A DNA stretch of 61,443 bases, filler included, from Sphacelaria rigidula (taxonomy: Eukaryota), in NCBI GenBank assembly GCA_964200075.2. It is 9 parts of 9 records of this genome, joined end to end, with 100 filler letters (N's around TTAATTAATTAA, not from the genome) between each part and the next. Parts side by side here need not be neighbours in the genome. Positions count along the whole stretch, not along the records: positions 20,516 to 27,253 come from CAXNAA020018330.1; positions 27,354 to 34,091 come from CAXNAA020018331.1; positions 34,192 to 40,929 come from CAXNAA020018332.1; 6 more parts are not named here. One strand, given 5' to 3'. A program made the translations under genes and the position numbers. Under the pieces are notes generated by a model. That model worked only from the letters and a program-made list of their open reading frames with translations. It searched no databases and was not told the origin of the DNA. Positions 22,821 to 34,949 of this stretch are shown in pieces; positions within the stretch are counted from its first letter, which is position 1, and each line of letters begins with the position of its first letter.

Positions 22821-24069
22821 CGCATTATTTTGGGCGTTGAGGATCGTGCGATATCACATCGACACATTCTAGCAAACCATCGCCGTTAGGCTTCTACGAC
22901 AGACGTATAGTGCGTGGGGAGCACTTCGTTGTGTTTTTGCGTTGATCGCTTGTTGCTGTGAATGTAGGCACCGATAAGGTACAACGCAGGTGCGTACGCG
23001 TACCCGGGGCAGAGATGGGCATGATCCCCGGAGACGTTACAGACTCATTCCCGAGATTAATTGGAACAATATTGCCTCGAACATGCGTAGCAAGCATCAA
23101 GTTACATGAACCTGTTCCGTGTAATGCCGCAACACGTCAGCTCTTCAATGATCGCACGCTAGAGCGGCCAAACATCGTCTAGCGTTTGAAGATAACGGTC
23201 GTCAAATCATCGAATAATGACAGCTCCGGCCTTGTCTCCTGCAAACCGCTGCCAAGCGCATTGGTATCCCTGTGTCCATTTGTGGAAAAAGTGGTGTCGG
23301 TTTTCAAACAGTGTGGTTTTCCGCAAGTGAGTCCGTCAACCAATTGACTAACTGCGTGGATTGAATGCCGGTTCCAACCCGGAATCCACCCTACGAAATC
23401 CTGTACTTGGAGTAAATGAGTAGATGCACCAATGTGGCTCATGCTGTCACACACGGGGACCGGTACCAAGATAAGGGAGTTTCAGCGATAGCAAAGCCCG
23501 CGACGCTGTCATAGCTATCTATTCCCACCAAGGGGCGTTGAAAAGCTACGCCTTGTGCGTAGATGGTGTTTGCTGTGCGCTCATTTGGTCCGGGCGAAGT
23601 TGGGACTGTTTTATTTTTATTTTGGTTGAACCGGATTTTGCCCCCAACGTACCAAGTGATGCTCCAAACACACAAAATCATATGTGACGACAAACCGGTT
23701 ACGGTGAGCATCGAGGTAATCACAATCATCTGTATGTATACCTGTACTAACTTCAAACTCTCCACCCTCTTATACCTCTTGCGTGTGCCTCGCTGAATGA
23801 ACTGGCAAGGTTCGTCGACATCTGATTCTCGGAAAATGTTTTCGTCGCTCATTCAACGGCTGTTTTATGAGAGCAAATTTGCCTTGGATTAAAAATACTT
23901 CTGCGGATACCCTCTAGTGTGTCATTCCTGCGGATGGTGAGCAGTCACGACGCGCAAGGCTTGTTTATCATGGCCACTACCTTGACGGCGGGTGGGTGTC
24001 GTTGCATTTTCCCTCTATATCTGTGTCCTTGTGTGTATTTGTGCATTTATATGTGCCTCCGCTGTGCAG

Positions 24070-24191
24070 GTGGAATGGTATCTGGATAACTCCCAGTCAG
24101 GCGTGGTGTTCCGGACGGTCAAGAACGGGTACAGTGCTCCCCACATGTACACCACCTACTCACACGCTCCCGTCGACATTGATGGCCCCAG
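24070..24191 (+). CDS. Unknown protein, probable exon 4
   Basis: TGCAG|GTG...CAG|GTGATT; VEWYLDNSQSGVVFRTVKNGYSAPHMYTTYSHAPVDIDGP. Confidence 0.55.
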
Positions 24192-24450
24192 GTGATTTAC
24201 TGACTGAGCACTGCTGAACTTTTTACTCATCACTCAAGACTCACGTGTGCCGTCTGTTGTCAGTTCCCTGGCCGTGTTCAAGACGTGGCAAACCCCACAC
24301 TCGACAAGGTGAACATTCGTTCTAGTGGGGCACAGAGTATTTATGGCCCTTGCGTTTCAAGTTGACACACCCCACACACCCCATGTTTTCCAGCTTTTTG
24401 TTCCGACCTCTGGCTTTGCTTTTACTTTATTGTTATTGTTCCTGCTATCC

Positions 24451-24460
24451 AGTAGTAGTG

Positions 24461-24520
<60 letters not shown>

Positions 24521-24523
24521 TAG

Positions 24524-24561
<38 letters not shown>

Positions 24562-24579
24562 GAAGCAGTAGCAGAATTA

Positions 24580-24644
<65 letters not shown>

Positions 24645-24851
24645 CTAGTAGTAGTACTAGTACTAGTACTAGTAATCACTATACTAGTAGTACTAGGAGT
24701 ACTAGTACTAAGTACTAGTACTACTGGTAGTACTAGTACTAATAGTAGTCGTAGTACTAGTAGTACTAGTAGTACTAGTACTCGGGGTTGGAGCAAGTTT
24801 GAGCAGCTTTTATGCTGGCCCAGCTCGTAGTAGTAGTAGTAGTAGTAGTAG
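24451..24851. repeat. Compound (AGT)n/(ACT)n microsatellite with strand switches
   Basis: Directly visible; includes AGTACT/ACTAGT palindromic degenerations. Confidence 0.95.
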
Positions 24852-25229
24852 TTGCAACCTCTGCGCCGCAAGTAAAAACGATCGCAATCAACATCATGCC
24901 GGGCCCCGTTCGTCAAATTGGCTCGCCCAGTCATCACAAATTCGAATCCTGACTGTCTTGTCGATTTTTCTGTTTCAGTTTCCGTACTCCGAAATCATGA
25001 GAAGAGGGAAGTTGATCAATTAATTCGATAGATATGAGCGGGCTGCGAGGGTACTGATCCGATTCTAGATATCATATTTTGGATTAAAAGCTCAAGACGA
25101 GTACTGGGAGAGGATCGGGCGTATCCCTCGAAGCTACGAAATCGTCCCGATTGAGAGAGGTACTGTTCAAACAAGTATGGCGGGAAAACAAGAATAAATA
25201 AACAATTTTCCTCATGCAGCCAAACATTT

Positions 25230-26772
25230 CACACGTCGGACGGATCAGCTCCTTATAGCTCGAGCTAGCTCTTTTTGAGAGTAGCTCCCTAGTGAGCTAT
25301 AAGAGCTACATGAGCTACACATGTTTCTCCTGGGGTGAGCTATGAGAGCTGTATGAGCTACGCACGTTTGCGATAGGTGAGCTACCAACCCGTAGCTCAT
25401 CAGCTCATATTCGTCCTGGATGAGCTATGGGAGCTGTATGAGCTACGCATGTTTGCGATGGATGAGCTACCAGCCCGCAGCTCATCAGCTCAGATTCGGC
25501 CTGGGTGAGCTATGAGAGCTGCATGAGCTACGCATGTTTGCCCTGGATGAGCTACCAACCCGTAGCTCACCAGCTCATATTATTCCTGGGTGAGCTATGA
25601 GAGCTGCATGAGCTACACATGTTTGCCCCGGATAAGCCATGAGAGCTGCATTAGCTACACATGTTTGCCCTGGATGAGCTATAAGTGATGCATGAGCTAC
25701 ACATATTTGCCCTGGATGAGCTATGAGAGATGCATGAGCTACACATGTTTGCCCTGGATGAGCTATGAGAGCTATGAGAGATACGATTGCCTATCCCTTT
25801 GACCGCGAGGGTAGGAGGTCTCTGAATCGGCGTCATTCACACCCAAAGAATCAAGTGAATTATGCTGATTTATCAGATTGCCAACCCTCGGGGTCAAAGG
25901 GCTAACCCCTTGACAGCGAGCATAAGTCATCTGTTGAATCGGCCCCAATTTCACTTGAAAAACGTATGCATGACCAGATGGACTCCAACCCTCGCGGCCA
26001 ACCGATCAAAAGAAATGAATCGGTCGATTATTGTAGACATTGAATACTCATACTTTTTTTTACCATCCCACCAAGCGAACGAGGATGTGTTGGCTTCTTG
26101 TCTTGCTATCGCGAAGAGTGAGGTGAAACATCATAACCTAATGATATGTGGCACCATCCGTTCGAACAAGAATGTTGCATTATAAGCGACACAGAGTTTG
26201 CCAGCGGCGAGCTAGGTATATGACGTGAGTGAGCCACGACCATTTGTCCCTGGGGTGAGCTACCGGGCGTAGCTCATCTGCTCATGTTTTCCCCGGGTGA
26301 GCTACAACAGCTGCGTGAGCTACACATGTTTGCCTCGGGTGAGCTATCGAGCGTAGCTCATCCGCATATGTTTTCCCTAGGTGAGCTGTGAGAGCTACAC
26401 GAGCTACACATGTATGCCCTGGCTGAGCTACCAACCCGTAGCTCGTCAGCTCATATTCGCCCTGGATGAGCTATCAACCCGTAGCTCATCAGCTCAGATT
26501 CGTACTGGGTGAGCTATGAGAGCTGCATGAGCTACGCATATTTGCCCTTGGTGAGCTACCAACCCGTAGCTCATCAGCTCATATTAGCCCTGGGTGAGCT
26601 ATGAGAGGTGCATGAGCTACACATGTTTTTCCCTGAGTGAGCTACCAACTCGTACCTCATCAGCGCATGTTTGCCTTGTGTTGAGCTATCGGACGTAGCT
26701 CATATGTACATGTTTGATCACAAGTGAGCTACCGCCCGCAGATGAGCTAGCTCATGAGCTGTCCTACGTGTG
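25230..26772. mobile_element. 1.5-kb non-autonomous DNA element, CACACGTCGGAC...GTCCTACGTGTG, 8-bp TSD, GAGCT-rich tandem repeats
   Basis: AAACATTT at 25222-25229 and 26773-26780; ~41-bp internal units such as GAGCTATGAGAGCTGCATGAGCTACACATGTTTGCCCTGGAT. Confidence 0.85.
25795..25901. mobile_element. 107-bp piggyBac-like MITE nested in the element above; a second decayed copy follows
   Basis: TIR CCCTTTGACCGCGAGGGT / ACCCTCGGGGTCAAAGGG; flanks CTAT and CTAA (TTAA-like); related copy 25906-~26004. Confidence 0.6.
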
Positions 26773-26780
26773 AAACATTT

Positions 26781-27040
26781 CACATGTCGGACAGCTCATG
26801 ATCTACCTAAAATAACGCGTCGGAAGAACTCTCAGACCCGTTGTACGAAAACACAAGACACGTGGTAGCAGGATCCAAGAAGCCAGAGCGCTGCCTTTGC
26901 GCTACTCCGCGTTCTAGGCGTCCAGCACTGTGGGGAGAAAATATGGGAAAAAAAGAGGCCAAGTGAGCTTGCTCATGATCCGGATCAGTACACTGATGAG
27001 AAGAAATGTTTAGGTACAATAGCGCATGAGCTGTCCAATG
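26781..27040. mobile_element. ~260-bp CACA-type MITE directly abutting the 1.5-kb element
   Basis: Starts CACATGTCGGACAGCTCATGA; decayed right end followed by TAACATTT; homologous in reverse to 56474-56730. Confidence 0.8.
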
Positions 27041-27869
27041 TAACATTTCTTATTTTTCCACCCGCATCTTATCCTCACTTCCCATTTGCTTATTTTCGTC
27101 TCCTTCCTGCTGTTTGAGTCGACACGCCACAATCGATCATTCCGGAAATGATCGATTTCACAAGTTACCCCCCCCCCCCGCATCATTGTAGGCTGTCATC
27201 CAAATGCAAGATGATCAGTAGGCTTCGGGCCGAACAATCTCAGCAGGATGCAGNNNNNNNNNNNNNNNNNNNNNNNNNNNNNNNNNNNNNNNNNNNNTTA
27301 ATTAATTAANNNNNNNNNNNNNNNNNNNNNNNNNNNNNNNNNNNNNNNNNNNNAAAAAAAAAACTGAGTTGCTAGACACCCCAAAGCGTTGGTGCCAAAC
27401 TCAGGGCTATGAAACGGAACTAGACACCTTGCCCCATAACGACCAAGGTTACAGAACACAGCCGTATGACAAATATCATAAGTGAGGCGGTGGCGGATGT
27501 CGTGAACGCCCGCGACAGCACTGGTGATGGCAGCTCGTTCACAAGGGTGACCCAAAAGTACGAGGAACACTTGGAAGCGAACGGGGGAGCCGAGACACCA
27601 GTCGACCTGGCTTATGATGATGCGAAAGGGCGGGAGTCGGCCGCTCAAGCAGCTGCTGTGAGGACTTGACGAAATGGCAACCCAACGTGAAGCTTGCGTT
27701 AGCTCGCGCAGTTACGCCACCGTCGGGTGGCCATTTTGTCGAGATCCCCTTAGCGGCTGCACGGGTGACCCACTTCAGCCCATCCACGTCATCTTAAGCC
27801 AGGTCGACAGGTGTTTCTCTGTTCCCCCTCTCGCCTTCACGCAGCTAGGATTACTGCGTGTGGTGAACC

Positions 27870-28370
27870 TTCAACTGTTCAGGCACTCTCTAGGGCACAT
27901 CACACCATGTTGATCGTGAAGTGTTCAAATGCACAACAGTACAGCGACAACTACAGCAAAGAAACGGTGGGTGTGGGAAGCGCCTTGTTCGTTTCATGGA
28001 AAACGAAACAACCAACACACAACAGACAACTACACACAGTAGTGTGTAGATAGCACTGCGTACCGAAAAACATATTTTTCCTCATTTTCTGTCAGAACCA
28101 AGGCAGTGGTGAGGCAACTGACGCAATCCCGGCGGACACCAAGTCGTCTTCATGAAGGTCTGACCACACCACACCACAGTGATAGCTACAACACATGAGA
28201 CAGAGCGTGAGTATGTTTGTGCTGCAGCACGGTGAAATAGCAAATGTCCCATGTCATAGTTCTTGCCCTCATTTTAGATAGATCCTCAATTCTCGCCGAG
28301 CGCCAATTTTTGCTTGCGCTTCTCGCAAAAATCTTGCATTTCACGTTGAGTTACCCTCATCTATGGGAGG
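27870..28370 (+). repeat. Partial copy of the dispersed element at 8860-9635
   Basis: Shared blocks, e.g. GCACATCACACCATGTT...GTGTTCAAATGCACAACAG and TGTTTGTGCTGCAGCAC.GTGAAATAG. Confidence 0.8.
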
Positions 28371-31300
28371 TGAGTAAATAAACGTCTCCTGCTCATCACA
28401 TGCTTGCTCCCCTCCCGTGCTCTGAACTTTCGTGCAAGCCGTATGCACGTCGCGTTTGTTTCATGTTGTTCGAGCTACTCGCTGTCTGTCAAGTTGTGCT
28501 CTACACTCGTTCTTTGTGCATAATATATGCTGCTGTGCTGACTCCACGAAAACACCATCTTCACACCAACCGTTCTCGGCGTGTGGCCTGGTGTGCGACC
28601 TACGCGGGATGATGCAGCTGATGTGTATGTGCCGGGGGAACGGAAAACCCTTCGGGCCTTTCAGCGAATAGCATGTATATCTAAAAGACCAAACCGAGGG
28701 AAGACCAGAATGGTCTCTTGGCTGCGGACTTTGTGGGCAAATATGCCCTCCAGACCAGAGTGATCCAAACCGTAATGCGGACTAGGGAGCGTTGACCAAT
28801 AGGAAAGCCCGAGCCCAAGACCCAAATTTGGTCTTCACATCACCAAAGTCGGTGGGCTGTTCGAAACCTAGTTGTTGAACCGGAATGGGGTTACATTCCG
28901 GTCTTGCTCTGGATTTCAAGACCGGACCCGATTTTGGTCGTCGCAAACACCCTAGTTGTTTTTCCGTCATGACTCGCATGCGGTGTGCACGTTCTCGTTC
29001 GTGCAGCCGGAATCAGCAGAACCAAGATTATATCAGATACGGAAGCGCAGCATACAGCAGCACGGCAAATAACAAGTCGATGACACCCGCCATATCTTCG
29101 GTCACCATTCGGGATGCTCGTGACTCGAAGCAATAAGATGCTTCCTTCCAAAATCATGTTTCGATATTCCTCAACGTGTCCAGTCTCATCGGCAAGATCT
29201 GGCCGCGCGCACGCCATCTCGAACACCACTGTACCGACCACCCCCCCCTACCCACCATTCCCCTTGTAAGCGCAAGCTTAGCCTTCAACTACAAGTCTTT
29301 CAACGAAGGGTACAGGTGGCAGATGTCCAGTCTGCCTGCGTTATCTTGCCCTCTGCAGCAAAACCTTGACAGCACCGCGTAGCCCAACAAACCCCTGGCC
29401 ACTGTCGATAGAGTCATCCCTCATCCCCTCATAGCGTAAATTTCGCTCCTCCACCAATCCCTTTCGAAATAAAACTTATTTGCATAGTCGCCAATTAATA
29501 GCTGTGTCCTCTCCTGGCTTCCATAGTGCACCAATGGGCAGCCTCCCATGTGCCCAACACGCAGAAGTACAGGAATCGGAGCGCTCTATTGCGGCTTTGG
29601 CTTGGGTAGGACGTACTCCTCCTTGAACTGCACGCACGGCCGATTGGAAAGAGCGGACAAGCATTTTGCCATAAAAAGGATGAGTGAATCTACAAGGTGA
29701 CCCACCAGGCTCTGAGATACGCGTGGTCGGGTGTTCATATACTATCGTATGTGTATTCGGGTCCTGGCGATTGGCTCATTAGAATAACGAGATAAGACGA
29801 CCCCGAGAATTTGTGCCTCCTACATTCACGATGACGTTTTGTCGAGTGGTCCAAAATAGGCTTTGAGCATGCCCTCGGTAAGGTATTGAATAGTTGGAGA
29901 TCGCAGCGACATGGATATGCCAGCAATGCTTCGAGGCCCTTCGTGTTACAAAACATTTCAATAGAATGCAGAGAACAATCTCGCAAAATAATCACAGCGC
30001 AAACTGCGTACGCACATCAATACGACACAAGGTCAACGCCACCACTCATGTGCATAGGAATACCCTCACACGTATACAAGAATGGATTATCCGGCATGAG
30101 TTACGGTAGTGCGCCTGGAAGTAGGAATGCCAACACAACATTCGTCTATGAGGCTGCTTTTCATGGTCCACATAATCTAGTCTGGCAAGGTTTGGGCGGT
30201 TTCCCAGCGAGTTTCTCTGAAGCAACTCCTGAAGGTCGTGTTCCGCTCATCTCGTAGCGGAAATCAGACTGTTTTCGCAAACTTCGCCAGAGACAGGGTG
30301 TATCGAACACGCTTCCCATCAAGCACGCTGCAGCTAGCTGCACGGGCAGTGAATGCATGAAGTACAGCTGTACACAACACGACACAGAGCACACACGAAC
30401 GGTGCAGTACAGTATAGTAGTACAGCACTACGATGCAGAGAACTGCTGTGGAACTGAATAGAGATTGCATACAGCCGTCACACTTAGCTACACATTACAT
30501 GTACGCACAAACAGCAGTACACTGCACGGTACATGAAGCATACCCATACACATCAAGTACAATACAGTCCAGTATAGAGGAGTGTATACTATAGACAGAG
30601 AAGATGCAGATAGCAGAGAACGAATTCTGGCAAGTGTTTCGCGGGCGGGCACCCCCATCTTGTACAAACCCACAAAAAGCAATTGGAGCCAGGGGAAATC
30701 GTTTGAAAACTTACTTTCGGCATAAAAATTGGGAGAGGTTTCTGCCTGGACTTTCTCAGGTCTTCATTCGGGCTGGACGACGCGGCCTCAACTTTTCGCT
30801 TGCTAAGGAGTTCAGAAGTCAGGAGTCAGAAACTCCATCGAGCAAACTTACAATTCCAACGTCACCGCCCATAGCCGCTCGTATCTCGGGCACGAAGTAC
30901 GGTAAAGAGAATCCGAACACTCCCATCGCACACGACGTGAAGATGGTGGGTTGTTTGTCCATCACTTGAAGCAAGTAGCGCCCAATCATCCTGGCCCAAT
31001 TAAGTGATGCGGAGATCGCGTTGCCTGCGGTTGATTGACGTGATATCGCAGACAACATTGCACAGAATGGAGATTTACAAGTAGTGGTTAGGCGACAGCT
31101 CAACATCGGTGTGCGCTTTGCATGCGAGCTTACATTAAAATGTGGGTCTTGGCACCCCTGTGCGGTCGTTTTTCACGTCATTTCGTTCTTGACTTTTTGT
31201 CGCAGCCCTGTGCCATGAACCCGACATGTGTGATGGCCCCGATACCTGAGCGGAAATCGAACCATTTGGTCCTGTTTTTTTTAACGCACCCGTGTGCCAT

Positions 31301-33274
31301 GACCCCGAAATGTGCGGAGATCCCGACACGTTCCAAGACCCGCATTCAGATTAGTCGCCTTTGCTGCAGGCTGACTCGCTTGTGAAGGGTGCAAACCTTA
31401 AACCTTGCAGTCGATCGCGCGACTGCTTGACTGGTGGCGTTTGCGTGAAAGGTTACAAATCGAAGTGACCGCAGAATGCGGCTAAAAAAGGAAAAGATGC
31501 GAGCCCAGGCAAGCGCGAATCGAAGCGACAGCTGACTGTTTTAAGACGAATACCGTACGTGCTGTTGAGAAGATAACTGTCCTTGTGAGAGGTATGACAC
31601 TGTACAGTACGGAACTGAGGAGGCCCGAGTGGTGCAAGAACCTTGGAGAGGAAAAGTGATCCCGCTTCGAATGGAGTACCACAGCTTAACCCCGTAACAC
31701 TCGCGATTGTTGTGCAACTCGATAACCTCCGTGCTCTTTATCCTTGTCAGCTACTGCCCCGTCTGATATTCAGGACACCTTCTGCGTGCTGGTAACCTTA
31801 AGGTGCGTGGTCCAGCCCATTCGCTAAATTTGATCGAGACTGGATTACACTCTAGTTTTGGCTGTCCTGCTGAACATTATCTTGCGAATTATCTCTCTCC
31901 ACACCGAAGACGTTGCCGGTAGTAGACAGTGGAAGAACATCACGCAGTTGGTTGGTTCAGGCCCTGTTCACCTCAACAAACCGAGGGTGCTCATGGTCGA
32001 TAAGTACATCAGGACCAGTGCACCAAGCGGCGTGTCTTCGATAGCAAATCGCCATCGTGAAGCCTCTGTTCTGCTGTCCGTCGCTTGCAGGGTATAGTGG
32101 CGGGAGCTTTGTGAACAAACGGAATAGCGCAGAGTTGTAGGCGGTAAACACCTATTTTACCAAGACCACATAGTACCCATACAGTCAAACGTTGAATTGG
32201 AGAGGTAAGAAAACACCAGCTGGAGATGGCTTCAGACAGCACAACCAGACGGCGCCTCCTGGTTGATGCTTTGCAAAGCGTCACACCCCTCGCGTATTTG
32301 GGGGAATATCAGTCGTCGAATGACATCGCTGCACTGAGTCATCAAACAGCAGTGCAGTACGAGAGAAATCTTGTGTTTTCCATGCCATGATTCCCTCTCA
32401 CCTGTCCGTGTTTGGCCCGGCACGTCTCTTTGTCGCCTAAGGCTGAGCCACCTTGAGCGGGAGCATGCCGTCTTGCCCATTATTGTGAAGTATGGCAATT
32501 TTAACGCGATACCCATGCGGCGAAATCGATTATGTTCCGAGTTTGCTTCGGGCTAGCGCAACCCACTACCGACCGTTGGCACCAGTTTCTAATTTTGGCT
32601 TTGCTTGAGACAGCAGTGGTGGTGGCGGTCCTGCACTGTGTTCGTGTGGATTTTATCTATTTTTTCATGTTTCGTGCTACTTCTGTATCGTAGTTGATTC
32701 AAGTACAGGTGCTGACCAGTTTGATCTAAGACAACACCCGCTCGGATGTCGGACGAGGGACTTGACAGGAAATGCAAGGAACATGACGCTAAGCCCCCAA
32801 CACGAGGACTGTATAGAAAGGTGACAAGTGCTCATATGCTTCCTCTGTCCCATGAGTAGAGTCGGTCATGTTGTACACGGGCTCTTGACCGTCCCCGATG
32901 TATTAGGCGATCATTTTTTTCAAATCTTCAGCACCGAGTTCGTAGCTACTGCACCGGTCATGGGATAATAACCGAGGGGAAATCAGCTACAAGTTGGCTA
33001 CAAGATCGTTTCGTTATTTTCCATGATTCGGAGGTGGAATTTATGAACCCTTACACAGCTAGGGCATGATCCATCTGGGCCATGCATACTTTTTTGAGTG
33101 AAATTGTTGCCGATTCAACCGATCACCTACTCTCGCTGCCCAAGGGTTGATGAAGGGTTGGACAACCTAATCATTCGTCTGAAAACTATACACCCTGGAC
33201 AAAAAATGACATCCATTGCTATATAATCTGCTGCAGTAGATGCGAATACTGTCGTCCGCTATGTATATCGATAT

Positions 33275-33703
33275 CAGGGTTATAAATAGAGCAAAGGCTC
33301 CGCCTGCGCGGCCGCAGGCCGGAGCCGAAGGCGACCTGCGGCCCCTCGAAGGGCGCCGGCCGCGCAGGCCCCCCCGCCGGAGGGGCCCCGCGGAGCGCGG
33401 AGCGGCAAAAATTGGGCTTTTACGTTTCAAGCACCTTGAAAATTGGTCAAAATGGGCACGTTTTTGCCGTATCATGTGTGCAGTAACCTCCTGGCACGGA
33501 AAAAAGACGTCCCAATTTTTTTTTGCCTCCGGCGAGAAATCCAGGCCGCAGTTTTTTTGCGCCGTACGAGTAGGCGAAAAAATTGCGGCCCATTTTTTTT
33601 CGTGCGGCAAGCCGCAGATTGCCGCTCCGCGGACCTGCGCTGAGCGCATTTTTACCAAAATATCTGCGGGGCCGCAGTCCCGCAGGCCCTATTTATAACC
33701 CTG
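33275..33703. mobile_element. 429-bp hAT-type MITE
   Basis: Perfect 15-bp TIR CAGGGTTATAAATAG; TSD ATCGATAT / ATCGACAT (7 of 8); GC-rich interior. Confidence 0.9.
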
Positions 33704-34949
33704 ATCGACATTCCCCTTTCCCACACTACGGCGTATTGTCCGGGCAGCAGTCTATGGTGGACCTACACCTGAAACTATTGCCAACGAAATTATCGATCGA
33801 TAGCTTTCCAAATTATTGGTGATGACATTGACTATCGATAGACTGTGCTAAATCTGTTGATGAAGTCAATCGCTGTTGATATATTGCATATAAGATGTAC
33901 TGATGTCGGCAATGAATATCGATGTATACATACCAGAATATACTGTGGAAGGCAATGCCTACCGATAAGTATTCTCTGTTGTCGCACCTATATCAAAACA
34001 CACTCTGAATAAAACATATACTATACGAGCTGGGCCAGCCTGAAAACGGATTTAAGCTCTAAAAGCAATATCTCATCGACACAGACGAGTTNNNNNNNNN
34101 NNNNNNNNNNNNNNNNNNNNNNNNNNNNNNNNNNNTTAATTAATTAANNNNNNNNNNNNNNNNNNNNNNNNNNNNNNNNNNNNNNNNNNNNTCTTTTTGG
34201 CTTTCTTTGTGGTGTGCAACTTTCGCGGAAATAGCCGCTCTTTTTTTTTTGGCAAACCTTCCACAGATAAGGGTAACTCAAATTGAATAAAAAAGCGCGA
34301 TGAGGGCCGACCGTATAAAATCGGCACCCGGCAAAAATTGAGGACCCGTTCAAAATCAGGGTAAAAGTCAAAATATGGGACATGTCCTCCTTCACTGCGC
34401 TGTGGTATGTTAGACCTTTACGACGACTCCGCTCGGAGTGCCTGAGCTGCTTGACTGTCATTATGTTCATCTCCATGTTGTTGCTGCTATCTTCACATTA
34501 AAAACCGTCCCGATACCTGCGCAGTGAGTGCTCTGTACTGGGCATCTGATTCGGACGCTTTCCGTCCAGAAAAATTCACACAGACGCGATATAAAAGAGA
34601 AGAGAAGAATAAAATACACAAATACAAAAAGAGAAGAAAATTATCGCCAACCTCATAACTTCCGGTGACGTAGGCGACCATTCGGGCTATTTGAGGCAGG
34701 GCCTAGGAGTCCACTCAACACGCGAGGCCAAACAGAAAGAGAGCCAAACTCAGGAACCAAGATCACCGACCATAGCGATAAAAATCCCAGGTTTCTATTC
34801 TTATACCTCTAGAGGGACAACCATGCGTACAAATATACTGAGTATAACGAGAAAAGCATCACATAACAGCGCAACAACATACCGCCTCGGGAGAGGGTTA
34901 CACGGAAGGCAGCAATTATTTAATATTAATAGTAGGAAAAAGGAAGACA

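Noticed and set aside
25300..26760. GAGCT-rich array as a CRISPR or regulatory array
   Set aside because: Degenerate tandem units without unique spacers, enclosed by TIRs and a TSD.
33167..33698. Overlapping 150-160-aa ORFs
   Set aside because: They lie in a GC-rich hAT MITE and show no protein motifs.
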